This document shows positions 50,059 through 58,962 of a stretch of 64,000 bases of DNA, piece by piece. The notes beneath the pieces are model-generated. The model was not told the DNA's origin. It searched no databases and saw only the letters and a program-made list of their open reading frames with translations. Origin of the DNA: Candidatus Bathyarchaeota archaeon (GTDB taxonomy: Archaea > Thermoproteota > Bathyarchaeia > 40CM-2-53-6); the NCBI GenBank assembly GCA_005883075.1, contig VBAX01000047.1:29598-93597 (forward strand), read 5' to 3'. The stretch's first letter is position 1, and every line of letters starts with the position of its first letter. A program made the translations under genes and the position numbers.

Positions 50059-51807
50059 TTGGCAAAGGGTTACTGGAAGAAAGTTCTAGACGAGATCAAA
50101 CAGGAAAGAAGGGCTCCACCAACCACCTTCGACAGGAAGCAACTTGCGAAGGTCAAGCAAGAGAGGGTCCGGTGGGAAACCAAGACGCTCAAACCGTGGA
50201 CCCGCGTTAGCCCTGAACAAAAGGAGGAATTCAGAAACCTATCCAATATTCCAGTGAAAAGAGTCTACACCCCAGAAGACGTATCACACCTAAACCAGTC
50301 CGAGGAGATCGGACTTCCAGGCGAGTATCCCTATGTCCGCGGGGTCTACCCGACGATGTACCGGGGACGACCGTGGACGATGCGCATGTTCTCCGGCTTC
50401 GGAACCCCGGAAGACACGAACAAACGTCTACACTACTTGCTGGAACATGGAGAGACTGGTCTGAGCATTGCATTCGACATGCCGACGCTCTACGGGTATG
50501 ACCCTGACAGTCAGCGGGCTGAGGGAGAGGTGGGACGCTGCGGTGTGTCGGTGGGCTCGTTAAAGGACATGGAGATTATTCTCGAAGGTATACCGTTGGA
50601 GAAGGTGAGTACTAGTATGACGATCAATGCTCCCGCGTCGGTTCTAACTGCGATGTATGTTGGCGTTGCTGAGAGACAGGGTCTGAAACCGAAGGAGCTT
50701 CGAGGGACAGTTCAAGCGGACATTCTCAAGGAGTACATCGCTCAGAAGGAGTGGGCTTTCCCACCTGAGGCGCATCTCAGAATCATCCGTGACATGATGG
50801 TGTATTGTACTAAAGAGATGCCGCAGTGGAACTACATCAGCATCAGCGGCTACCATATCCGTGAAGCAGGGTCCAGCGCAGTTCAGGAACTAGCGTTCAC
50901 GCTCGCCGATGGTTTCGCGTATGTTGACCTCGGAATCGAAGCAGGGCTCAAGGTCGAGGATTTCGCGCCCCGCCTTTCCTTCTTCTTTAACTGCGGGATG
51001 GACTTTTTCGAAGAGGTCGCAAAGTTCCGGGCTGCACGGCGAATCTGGGCAAGGGTGTTGAGAGACAAGTACAAGGTCAAAGACCCTAGATCACTCTTGT
51101 TGAGGACGCACGCCCAGAACTCTGGCGCATCTCTAACATGGCAGCAACCCCTCAACAATATTGTACGAACAACCATTGAGGCATTAGCAACGGTGCTTGG
51201 CGGGACCCAATCGCTTCATACCAATTCTTACGATGAGGCGTGGGCATTGCCCTCTGAAGCAGCGGCTACTGTTGCCCTGAGGACCCAGCAGATCATTGCG
51301 GAAGAGACTGGTGTCACAGACACTATCGATCCGCTGGCCGGATCGTACTATCTGGAATGGCTGACTGATGAGATGGAGGAACGAGCCTTCCAGTACTTCG
51401 ACAAGATAGAAAGAGCTGGCGGATTGTTGGACGCGATCAAGACCGGGTTCATTCAGAGAGAGATCGCTGAGAACTCCTACCGTTTCCAGCAGGAACTTGA
51501 GAGAGGGGACAGGGTTGTCGTTGGCGTGAACAAGTACCAGATCGAAGAGAAGAAGCCGATTGATACGTTGAAGATCAACGAAGAGGCACAACGACGCCAG
51601 GTCGCAAGGATAAACATGGTGCGGGAAACACGGGACAACAAGAAAGTTGAGCAAGCGTTAGATGAACTACGGAAGACATTCAAGGACGAGAAAGCGAACT
51701 CCATGTATCCTATGGTCAAAGCCGTCAAAGCCTACGCAACGCTAGGGGAGATCATGGATGTGGGACGGAAGATTTTCGGCGAATACAAGGAACCACCGAT
51801 TCTCTGA
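50059..51807 (+). CDS. B12-dependent acyl-CoA mutase large subunit, isobutyryl-CoA mutase-like
   Basis: [10 protein letters not shown] (Phe) and [14 protein letters not shown] (Gln) specificity residues; likely TTG start 50059. Confidence 0.85.
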   Translation: MAKGYWKKVLDEIKQERRAPPTTFDRKQLAKVKQERVRWETKTLKPWTRVSPEQKEEFRNLSNIPVKRVYTPEDVSHLNQSEEIGLPGEYPYVRGVYPTMYRGRPWTMRMFSGFGTPEDTNKRLHYLLEHGETGLSIAFDMPTLYGYDPDSQRAEGEVGRCGVSVGSLKDMEIILEGIPLEKVSTSMTINAPASVLTAMYVGVAERQGLKPKELRGTVQADILKEYIAQKEWAFPPEAHLRIIRDMMVYCTKEMPQWNYISISGYHIREAGSSAVQELAFTLADGFAYVDLGIEAGLKVEDFAPRLSFFFNCGMDFFEEVAKFRAARRIWARVLRDKYKVKDPRSLLLRTHAQNSGASLTWQQPLNNIVRTTIEALATVLGGTQSLHTNSYDEAWALPSEAAATVALRTQQIIAEETGVTDTIDPLAGSYYLEWLTDEMEERAFQYFDKIERAGGLLDAIKTGFIQREIAENSYRFQQELERGDRVVVGVNKYQIEEKKPIDTLKINEEAQRRQVARINMVRETRDNKKVEQALDELRKTFKDEKANSMYPMVKAVKAYATLGEIMDVGRKIFGEYKEPPIL

Positions 51808-52451
51808 TCAAGGAGACCCGAGCAACGAAGAAGACTCTCGCATCAGCACTAGCTCGGACTAGCTATGAAGTCAAGGAACTAAACTCCGCCACTTGGCCTG
51901 ATTTCGAAAAATTCTTCGCAAAACACAACGGAGTCCAAGGCGGTTGCTGGTGCACCTTCTACCACCATGAGGAAGGTCGCTTGCTGAAAGAGGGCTTGAG
52001 GCGGGAGGACGCGATTGCCTTGAATCGAAGGGAAAAGAAGACTCTAGTCACCAAGGGCCGATCTCATGGAATCCTCGTCTATGCTGGGGGTCAAGCGGTC
52101 GGATGGTGCCAATATGGTCTAAGGGAGGAGTTGCCTCGGATCGATTCAGGCCGCAACTACAGCAAACTCGATCTTTCAAGTGATCAAGGCCGAAAACTCT
52201 GGCGTCTCACATGTTTCTTCGTAGACAGGGATTTCCGGAAAAAGGGCGTAGCAGGTGTCGCGTTGAGGGCAGCGCTCGATTCGATACGTGAGCAGGGCGG
52301 AGGAATAGTCGAAGCCTACCCGTCCACTTCCAAGGAAGGTGGAACTTGGTCTCTCTGGTTTGGAACAGTAGCCATGTTTGAGAGAGAAGGCTTCAAAGCA
52401 CACGCAAAACTGGGCGAGAAACACCTGCTCATGCGCAAGACGCTCGCGTAA
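51804..52451 (+). CDS. GNAT family acetyltransferase (GCWC-type)
   Basis: frame is open upstream of 51981 and encodes [31 protein letters not shown]; inferred CTG start overlapping the mutase stop. Confidence 0.8.
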   Translation: MIKETRATKKTLASALARTSYEVKELNSATWPDFEKFFAKHNGVQGGCWCTFYHHEEGRLLKEGLRREDAIALNRREKKTLVTKGRSHGILVYAGGQAVGWCQYGLREELPRIDSGRNYSKLDLSSDQGRKLWRLTCFFVDRDFRKKGVAGVALRAALDSIREQGGGIVEAYPSTSKEGGTWSLWFGTVAMFEREGFKAHAKLGEKHLLMRKTLA

Positions 52452-52459
52452 AGTGTTCC

Positions 52460-53062
52460 ATGTTGTCAAGAGAGAACCTGAAGTTTCGCAGGACGCCGAA
52501 ACCTTGGAAGACACTAGAGAGCAGGAAGATTGCGTCGCTGGGCGACTTGAAGCTTCATCGCGACCGGATCGTCTCCAAAACCGGCTTCCAAATGGTCCAT
52601 CCACGACTATTCGTTGACGATTTCTCGATCGTCATCCCGGTTCTTGGTCGGGATAAGCTTGTGATGATATGGAATTATCGATACGCTATCCAGGGCTGGG
52701 AGCTCGAGCTTCCAGCCGGCCACATCGAAGATGGTGAGAGCCCGGAGGCTTGTGCCAGGAGGGAGCTGGAAGAGGAGACGGGGTACTCTGCGGGTTCATG
52801 GAAGAGGCTTGGATGGTTTCATCCCTCTCCAGGGTTATCTTCCCAGAGGGCGTATGTCCATCTTGCCCGCAACCTGAAAGCCGGATCTTTGCATCGGGAG
52901 CGCTACGAGGTTGGTATGGAAGTTAAGATTCTCAACCTACGGGATGCGTACAAGCAGCTGTGGCATGGCGAGATTGTTCATTCGCCAACCGCGTCCGCTC
53001 TAGGGATAGCTCAGCCGAGAATTCTAAGAGCGGAAAGAGCTACTGTTTCGCGCCGCAACTAG
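52460..53062 (+). CDS. NUDIX hydrolase (ADP-ribose pyrophosphatase-like)
   Basis: ELPAGHIEDGESPEACARRELEEETG Nudix box, SPG motif. Confidence 0.92.
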   Translation: MLSRENLKFRRTPKPWKTLESRKIASLGDLKLHRDRIVSKTGFQMVHPRLFVDDFSIVIPVLGRDKLVMIWNYRYAIQGWELELPAGHIEDGESPEACARRELEEETGYSAGSWKRLGWFHPSPGLSSQRAYVHLARNLKAGSLHRERYEVGMEVKILNLRDAYKQLWHGEIVHSPTASALGIAQPRILRAERATVSRRN

Positions 53063-53675
53063 TGCAGAACGAGTTCCCCGGTGCAAGCGGGACGCCACAT
53101 GAACGACATTTCGCCATTGCAGCAGCCACCACCGGTGCTTGTCCCGGTGCTGAGGGGGAAGGGTTGTACTGGAGGGTTGGTTGTGCCGCCGGAGCGTACT
53201 GAGTCTGTGATTGAAGGGTGGGAGAGTACCTTAGTGTCGGTTGAGTGTTCATCGCGGGCATGGAGGTTGGGACCATTCCCTTGCCGAAGAAGACTTTGAC
53301 GTGAGATCTGGTGAGATAGATGATCATGATGAGCCAGAAGACTAACGCGTAGCCTGCTTGGTACAGTCCGGTAAACGCGGCGTAGGCTGCGCCGAGGATC
53401 GAGAGCACCGTGAAGATCATTCCAAGGGTCCACGCCCAACCTCTTCCATGGAGAAAGCCGACCCCGGTCGCCAGCCATACGAGGCTGAAGAAGAGAAAGA
53501 CTCCACCGATAACGATCCCGACGGTACCGATCAGGGTTCCAACCGTGGGAAGAGTGGAGAATATGGCAGCCAAGCCGATGATAGCAAGGCTGACTAGAAG
53601 TCCAAGGACACCGATTAGGATCTGAATTATCGCGAGAAGTGTAATGCCGATTGGCCGGGAGGGCTTCTGCATCAT
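53040..53675 (-). CDS. 4-TM membrane protein with C-terminal zinc ribbon
   Basis: RPIGITLLA, GRGWAW, HVKVFFGKG, Pro/Gln linker, CRSCG..CTSCG. Confidence 0.78.
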   Translation of the reverse strand: MMQKPSRPIGITLLAIIQILIGVLGLLVSLAIIGLAAIFSTLPTVGTLIGTVGIVIGGVFLFFSLVWLATGVGFLHGRGWAWTLGMIFTVLSILGAAYAAFTGLYQAGYALVFWLIMIIYLTRSHVKVFFGKGMVPTSMPAMNTQPTLRYSPTLQSQTQYAPAAQPTLQYNPSPSAPGQAPVVAAAMAKCRSCGVPLAPGNSFCTSCGAKQ

Positions 53676-53810
53676 GGAAAATCGAGTCTTCACTGGAAGG
53701 TGTTAAGCGGACTGTTACCAACCTCCTTCACGAAGAGTGAGCTAGGTCGGAATGAGTGAACAGAAGTGTAAAGAAAGCCTAATTCTGATTGCTTTGAGAT
53801 ATCGGCTCGA

Positions 53811-54320
53811 CTAGGGTGTCGAGGAACCCGTTCCTGGCACAGTAGAGCGTAATGCCATCGGGGTTCCCTTACCGAAGAAGACTTTGACGTGCGGTCTCAT
53901 TAGATAGTAGATTATCAGTAGCGAGATTATCAAAGAGAGGATACTACCGTAATTGCCACCAACCATCTGAAATACGTCGAGAACTATTCCAATGACACTC
54001 ACTATGATCCCTAGATTCCACGCCCATCTCTTTCCACCCAAGAACCCAACTCCGACGGCTAGATAGAGGATTCCTAGAATCAAGATTGCCGCGCCGAGGG
54101 CGATTATTAATGCCGATATGGTTCCTACGCCGAGCGAGGCCAGTCCGGGATAGCCAGCATTTGTTATAGCGTTTGTAATGTCAATAGAAGCGGATAGCGT
54201 ACCAAGGAGGAGTCCAAGTCCAATGAGCACTGCTCCGCTAAACAGAAACGCTATTGCTCCTAGAATTGCTAACACGGCGAGAACTGTTACACCGGTTGGT
54301 CGCGGTGGTTTCGGCTGCAT
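53811..54320 (-). CDS. 4-TM membrane protein, paralog of 53040-53675
   Basis: RPTGVTVLA, GKRWAW, HVKVFFGKG. Confidence 0.78.
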   Translation of the reverse strand: MQPKPPRPTGVTVLAVLAILGAIAFLFSGAVLIGLGLLLGTLSASIDITNAITNAGYPGLASLGVGTISALIIALGAAILILGILYLAVGVGFLGGKRWAWNLGIIVSVIGIVLDVFQMVGGNYGSILSLIISLLIIYYLMRPHVKVFFGKGTPMALRSTVPGTGSSTP

Positions 54321-54325
54321 GGTTG

Positions 54326-54847
54326 TTAGATACTCGCTCCGCAACTAGGGCAGCGTGTTGCTCCAGCGGGAATGCTGGCACCGCAATTCTTACAGTTCGT
54401 GCCCATCGATCCCATGGGTGCTGAGCCCATCGGCATTGACGAGCTCATCATCGGTGGAGGCATTGCGCCCGGAGCCATTGTTGGCTTGAAGGTTAGTGCG
54501 AGTATCCCGCCGATTAGTCCGAGAAGGAAACCGATGAAGAAACCTCCGAAAGAGGAAGTGGCGAAGCTAATGAGGGACAGTATGAGTACGATCACTCCCC
54601 ACATTGTGTGAGATGTGGGCTTGGTGTACATCATAATGCCTCCAAGCATCATGATTATCCCGAAAATCAGTCCCAAGATTCCCAGTATGGCGACTGTTGA
54701 ACCTAATTCGGGTGCGCCTGTTGTCCCGCTAGTGCCTCCGAAACTAGAGATTGCGGCTCCGATAAAGGCTTGGAAGATGCCACCTATCAATACAAAGATT
54801 CCTCCGATCAGAGCTAAGACAAAGGCTGCTGTTGGTTTATCGCCCAT
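54326..54847 (-). CDS. Gly-rich membrane protein with C-terminal zinc ribbon
   Basis: KPTAAFVLALIGG, GGFFIGFLLGLIGG, Met/Pro linker, CKNCG..CPSCG; TATATA upstream on the minus strand. Confidence 0.8.
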   Translation of the reverse strand: MGDKPTAAFVLALIGGIFVLIGGIFQAFIGAAISSFGGTSGTTGAPELGSTVAILGILGLIFGIIMMLGGIMMYTKPTSHTMWGVIVLILSLISFATSSFGGFFIGFLLGLIGGILALTFKPTMAPGAMPPPMMSSSMPMGSAPMGSMGTNCKNCGASIPAGATRCPSCGASI

Positions 54848-55059
54848 ATCAGATCAGTCTCAGCGAGGCTCTGACAGTATATATAACGTATTCCGTTCTC
54901 GCCGAATTTCGGCGATTCTTGCGAAATTTGGGGATTTTTTCCGGTTTTGAAGCCAGATAACCGTTGACACGATCAGAGTCTCGGGATTGTGTTCGCGTTT
55001 CATGAAGGGCGGAGCGCGCGAAAATCGACCACCCCGGGGGTCACAGATTAGTTAGTGAA

Positions 55060-55091
55060 AAAAGAATAGTTACGGAGAAAAGAATAGTTAC
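55060..55091. repeat. 14-bp direct repeat, period 18
   Basis: AAAAGAATAGTTAC at 55060-55073 and 55078-55091. Confidence 0.8.
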
Positions 55092-55311
55092 AGAAAGAGG
55101 GCTGTGAGTCTCTACGAGGTTTCTCATATCCGGCTATCTTACGCCAGGTTCTGTTGGTTCGGTATTTCGGACCCAGGTTGAACGCTGGACTTGCTCCGTG
55201 GGAGTTGCGGGGCGGTTTCTCTTCTTTATCCAAAGGAGGTCGATGATGAAGTCGACCTAAAGGGTCGGAATGAAGCGAAAAAAGGGAATTTGATTCTCTG
55301 CGTTAGGCTAG

Positions 55312-55329
55312 CGCGTTGCTAGCAACGCG
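55312..55329. repeat. perfect 18-bp palindrome
   Basis: CGCGTTGCTAGCAACGCG, just downstream of the VOC gene stop. Confidence 0.8.
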
Positions 55330-55343
55330 GGCGGACGTTATGG

Positions 55344-55694
55344 TTACTTTTTGCTCCAGAGGCCGATGACGTTGCCGTGCGGGTCGCCGATTGTTCCCCA
55401 GTAGCCCATTCCGCCGCCGATCGACTTGCGCTTTTTCAGGATTCGTCCGCCGAGGCTTTTTGCCTTCTGCTGTGTTGCTGGTATAGTGTCCACGTTGACG
55501 TAGAATGTTGTTGAGCCGGGTTTGACTTTCTTGCCTAGTTGGAAGCCTCCGCCGACGCCTTTCTGCGAGGTCTTGAACATTGCATAGCCATCACCGAACA
55601 TCTCGAATTTCCAGCCGAAGAGTTTGGAGTAGAACTTCTTTGTCGTTATGAGGTCCTTGGATGTCAGTTCTATGTGGCCGATTTCCTTTCCCAT
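55344..55694 (-). CDS. VOC/glyoxalase family protein
   Basis: HIEL..FYSKLFGW, DPHGNVIGLW. Confidence 0.9.
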   Translation of the reverse strand: MGKEIGHIELTSKDLITTKKFYSKLFGWKFEMFGDGYAMFKTSQKGVGGGFQLGKKVKPGSTTFYVNVDTIPATQQKAKSLGGRILKKRKSIGGGMGYWGTIGDPHGNVIGLWSKK

Positions 55695-55766
55695 AGTAGC
55701 TGTATATTGCCAAATATTGAGTTTAAAAGTTCTTACACGGGGCTCAGAAACGCCCGTTTTGACGTA

Positions 55767-56741
55767 TCAACTGCTCATGGGGCTGGTCAAACGATCTAGA
55801 AAGAGCTGTTTGAAACTTCTAGAATCCACATTCTTGCAAATCATCATTTTCTTGCCCGGCGCCTTGCCTTCCTGCAGGCTTTCACGTCTATCTGCAACGG
55901 TCATGCCCACTGTGATTTCGCCTCTTGTCTCGACTTGGACTTTGTAGCGGGCGTATTCGAAGAGTGAGGGCTTGATCTCGGTGGCGACGGTCATCGGATC
56001 GTGCAACGCGAAGATTCGATGTTTGTGTATGTTCTTGTTGAGGATCCTAGCCGCGAAGCTGGCAACTCGGCCCCGGTTCTTCTTGATATCGGTGTAATTT
56101 TTCAGTGTTAACTGGTTCTTGGGGTTCATTGTCACGTCGAGGCCAACCGCTGTTAGCGGAACTCCTGATTCGAATACGATCTTTGCCGCCTCCGGGTCCG
56201 CGTAGATGTTAAACTCGGCAACCGGCGTTACGTTGCCAATGCCGTATTCTGTTACACCGTAGGCTCCGCCCATTACCACGAGTTCCTTGATCATTTTGGC
56301 GGATTCAGGGAAACCTGTTAGGAGAGCGGCAATGTCGGTGAGAGGACCCGTGCAGATTATGGTTAGGTCGCGACGCTTTGAGATAGCCAGTTCGTTAGAG
56401 ATCGTGTCTAGGGCATTCTTTTCTGCTGGACGAATCCTTGAAACTGGAAGGTTGGAATCGCCAAGCCCATCTTTTCCATGGAAGCTAGTGGCACGGACCG
56501 GATCTCGGACAAGCGGGTTTCCTAGCCCTCTAGCAACCGGCACGTCTCCCCTATTGAGAAGGTCAACGACTCGCAATCCATTCATTGTCGCTTGTTCTGC
56601 TGTTACGTTGCCGGAGACTGCTGTTATGGCCATGACTTCTAGTTCTGGGGATCTTAGTGCGAGGATGAGGGCGAGCGCGTCGTCTATTCCTCCATCTTGG
56701 TCGATGATGACGCGGGTGGGCTTCTTCGAGCCCGAGCCCAT
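55767..56741 (-). CDS. nucleoside hydrolase (IUNH/Rih family)
   Basis: DQDGGIDD, HGKDGLG, AEFNIYADPEAA, LHDP. Confidence 0.93.
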   Translation of the reverse strand: MGSGSKKPTRVIIDQDGGIDDALALILALRSPELEVMAITAVSGNVTAEQATMNGLRVVDLLNRGDVPVARGLGNPLVRDPVRATSFHGKDGLGDSNLPVSRIRPAEKNALDTISNELAISKRRDLTIICTGPLTDIAALLTGFPESAKMIKELVVMGGAYGVTEYGIGNVTPVAEFNIYADPEAAKIVFESGVPLTAVGLDVTMNPKNQLTLKNYTDIKKNRGRVASFAARILNKNIHKHRIFALHDPMTVATEIKPSLFEYARYKVQVETRGEITVGMTVADRRESLQEGKAPGKKMMICKNVDSRSFKQLFLDRLTSPMSS

Positions 56742-56742
56742 C

Positions 56743-57381
56743 CTAGAATAGTTTCGTGACTTTCTTAGTCGGTAGCACGTCTGTCAAGTACCAGAATTTG
56801 ACGTACTGTAATCCTGTCCGGTATTGTAGCTCGGTGAACGAGTTGACAGCGTCCTCTGCGACGATTGTCTCGTAGCCTTTGAAGAACGCGTCCGCGCAGG
56901 TATGTCTCACGCAACAGTCAGCGTGCAGTCCTGCGAGTATCAGGGTGTTCGCGCCCTTGCCATCGTAAGCTCTCTTCAATTCCTTCTCGAGCCTTGTATC
57001 GTGGAAGCTGCTGTAGGTTGTCTTGGGAATCTCAACATCCTTCTTTCGGGGCCTGAGGGCGCTGATCACCTTGGCGCCCTTTGTCCCTCTCATGGCGTGT
57101 TCGCCCCAGCGCTGGATCTCAAAGTCTCGGCGTGTGTGGGAATCGTTAGGATAGAAGACGGGAATGTCTGCGCTACGGGCTGCGTCGGCTAGGTCCCCGG
57201 ACTTGGGAATGATTGGGAGGGCGCGGTCGGTCTTGATCTTCCCGTAGACAAAGTCATAGAGCATATCGACCACCAAGACAGCGTATCGCCGGTCCTTGTT
57301 GTATACGTGAGGCGCGACTGACATTCCGGGATCGTAGAGTACTATCTTCTCTGTCGAGCCTTGTCCGTGACTTTTGCTCAA
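56743..57381 (-). CDS. isochorismatase/nicotinamidase-family cysteine hydrolase
   Basis: VVDMLYDF, DSH, WGEHA, K..YSSF, DCCVRHT. Confidence 0.9.
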   Translation of the reverse strand: MSKSHGQGSTEKIVLYDPGMSVAPHVYNKDRRYAVLVVDMLYDFVYGKIKTDRALPIIPKSGDLADAARSADIPVFYPNDSHTRRDFEIQRWGEHAMRGTKGAKVISALRPRKKDVEIPKTTYSSFHDTRLEKELKRAYDGKGANTLILAGLHADCCVRHTCADAFFKGYETIVAEDAVNSFTELQYRTGLQYVKFWYLTDVLPTKKVTKLF

Positions 57382-57437
57382 GAGATTCTCCTCAAGATCG
57401 ATCTAGGCATGGATTTTAAGATATCAACTAGATTGGC

Positions 57438-58688
57438 TTGGGGACGTCTGAGGAAGAAAACTTGCCCGGGAAGGCTGACGTTGTAATTGTGGGAGCGGGT
57501 ATAGCCGCTCTGGCACTGGCAGTAGAACTTCAGAAAAAAGGGATCTCGACAATCCTCCTTGAACGACAAAGGAGTCCTGAGGGCATTCCGCGTGGTCTGA
57601 CTTTCCAGCCGAATGGCTTGGCGGTTCTAGAAAGGCTTGGAGCACTTGGTCGGGCCAGAGAGGTTGGTTCTGCGTCCCAGATTCTCGAAGTGAAAAGCTG
57701 GGAGGGAGAAGTTCTGCTTGAAGCGGATTACAGCTTGTTGGATCACCCCCAGAACTATCTCCTGACGGCGAATGCTACTGAGCTGGAGCGGTTGCTCGTC
57801 TATGTGGCCGAGCAGGCCGGAGCGCAGGTTCTCTGGGGAACCTCCTTCCAAGAAATAGTCCTGAACGCGGGCCGGGCAGAAGGAGTAGTCTATGAAAGCG
57901 AGGGAGTTAGAGACGAGATCAGAGCACCTGTCGTAGTTGGAGCGGATGGTCCTCAATCGCATGTCCGAACTAGCCTTGGCGTAGAGGTGAAGACAAAGAA
58001 GTACCCTGATTCATTTCTAGTCGGACTCGTCGGTCCCGTTCCAGGCTTGGAGGGCAGGGCGCGCCAGTACCAGCATCCGGGAAAGATGCTTGGGATTATG
58101 CCTTCAGGACCTGAGGCGACCTATCTCTTCCATTGTGTGGGTCCGCGTAGTTTTGATAGTGTGAAGAAGGAGGGTTTGGGGTCTTTTAGGGCGGAGGTTG
58201 TTCAGGCGGCGCCGGAGATGGCGGACGCATTTACAGGTGTTGAAGCATGGACCAAGATGGCATACTTTACGCCCTCGTTCATACAAGTGAACAAGTGGGT
58301 GGGAAACGGGATCGCACTGCTCGGGGATTCAGCGCACACTTTTCATCCACACGCCGGACAGGGAGTAAACCTCGCACTGGAGGACGCAGTGGTGTTGGCC
58401 GAAGTGATCGAGAAATGTAAGATAGCGGGAGACTTCTCACAGACGGCATTGCTGGAATATCAGACCCAGCGGAAAGTGCGCGCTGACGTGATCGGGAAGC
58501 ATGCGAACTATACGGTGACGTATGCGCTGAGCGATAACTGGCTGATAAAACGGCTGAACCGGAGGGCGCTTCGGAAGTTGAACAAGGACAAGAAGCTGCA
58601 GAAGAAAGCGTTAGAGATCACTGCCGGGATCTTCGAGAAGAAGCCCGGACTGGTGACCTTGGCGAAGATTGGGGGAATACTACCCTGA
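57438..58688 (+). CDS. FAD-dependent monooxygenase (UbiH/group A-like)
   Basis: VGAGIAA, GADG..SHVR, GDSAHTFHPHAGQGVNL. Confidence 0.9.
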   Translation: MGTSEEENLPGKADVVIVGAGIAALALAVELQKKGISTILLERQRSPEGIPRGLTFQPNGLAVLERLGALGRAREVGSASQILEVKSWEGEVLLEADYSLLDHPQNYLLTANATELERLLVYVAEQAGAQVLWGTSFQEIVLNAGRAEGVVYESEGVRDEIRAPVVVGADGPQSHVRTSLGVEVKTKKYPDSFLVGLVGPVPGLEGRARQYQHPGKMLGIMPSGPEATYLFHCVGPRSFDSVKKEGLGSFRAEVVQAAPEMADAFTGVEAWTKMAYFTPSFIQVNKWVGNGIALLGDSAHTFHPHAGQGVNLALEDAVVLAEVIEKCKIAGDFSQTALLEYQTQRKVRADVIGKHANYTVTYALSDNWLIKRLNRRALRKLNKDKKLQKKALEITAGIFEKKPGLVTLAKIGGILP

Positions 58689-58718
58689 ACCGCGGGCTCT
58701 TGAGCCTCCAGAGGGAAA

Positions 58719-58940
58719 CCGCTCTTGCGTCGCGAGGTGCGCTGTGCAAGACCCCCCCTTTTAGAGGAGAAAATTTTCTGTCTGGTAGTGATTATGGGCG
58801 AGACGGGCTATTCAGGGCTCAGACCAGGCTTGGATCAGGTGACGTTTTTACGAGTCGTCAAGAAGGATTTGCTATGCAATTAAGCGGACTGTCTACAGAT
58901 TCGAGATCAGGGCTTGAAATGGGCGAATCCACGGCTAGAA
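58719..58940 (-). repeat. dispersed ~210-bp intergenic repeat, copy D
   Basis: reverse complement has TTCTAGC..TCGCCCAT..AGCCCTGATCTCGAATCTG..GCCCTGAAT..TCGCCCA..CCAGACAGAAAAT..GGGGGGGTCTTGCACAG..CGCAAGAGCGG; between convergent genes. Confidence 0.87.
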
Positions 58941-58962
58941 GCGCGTCGCATGTTGGATTGTC

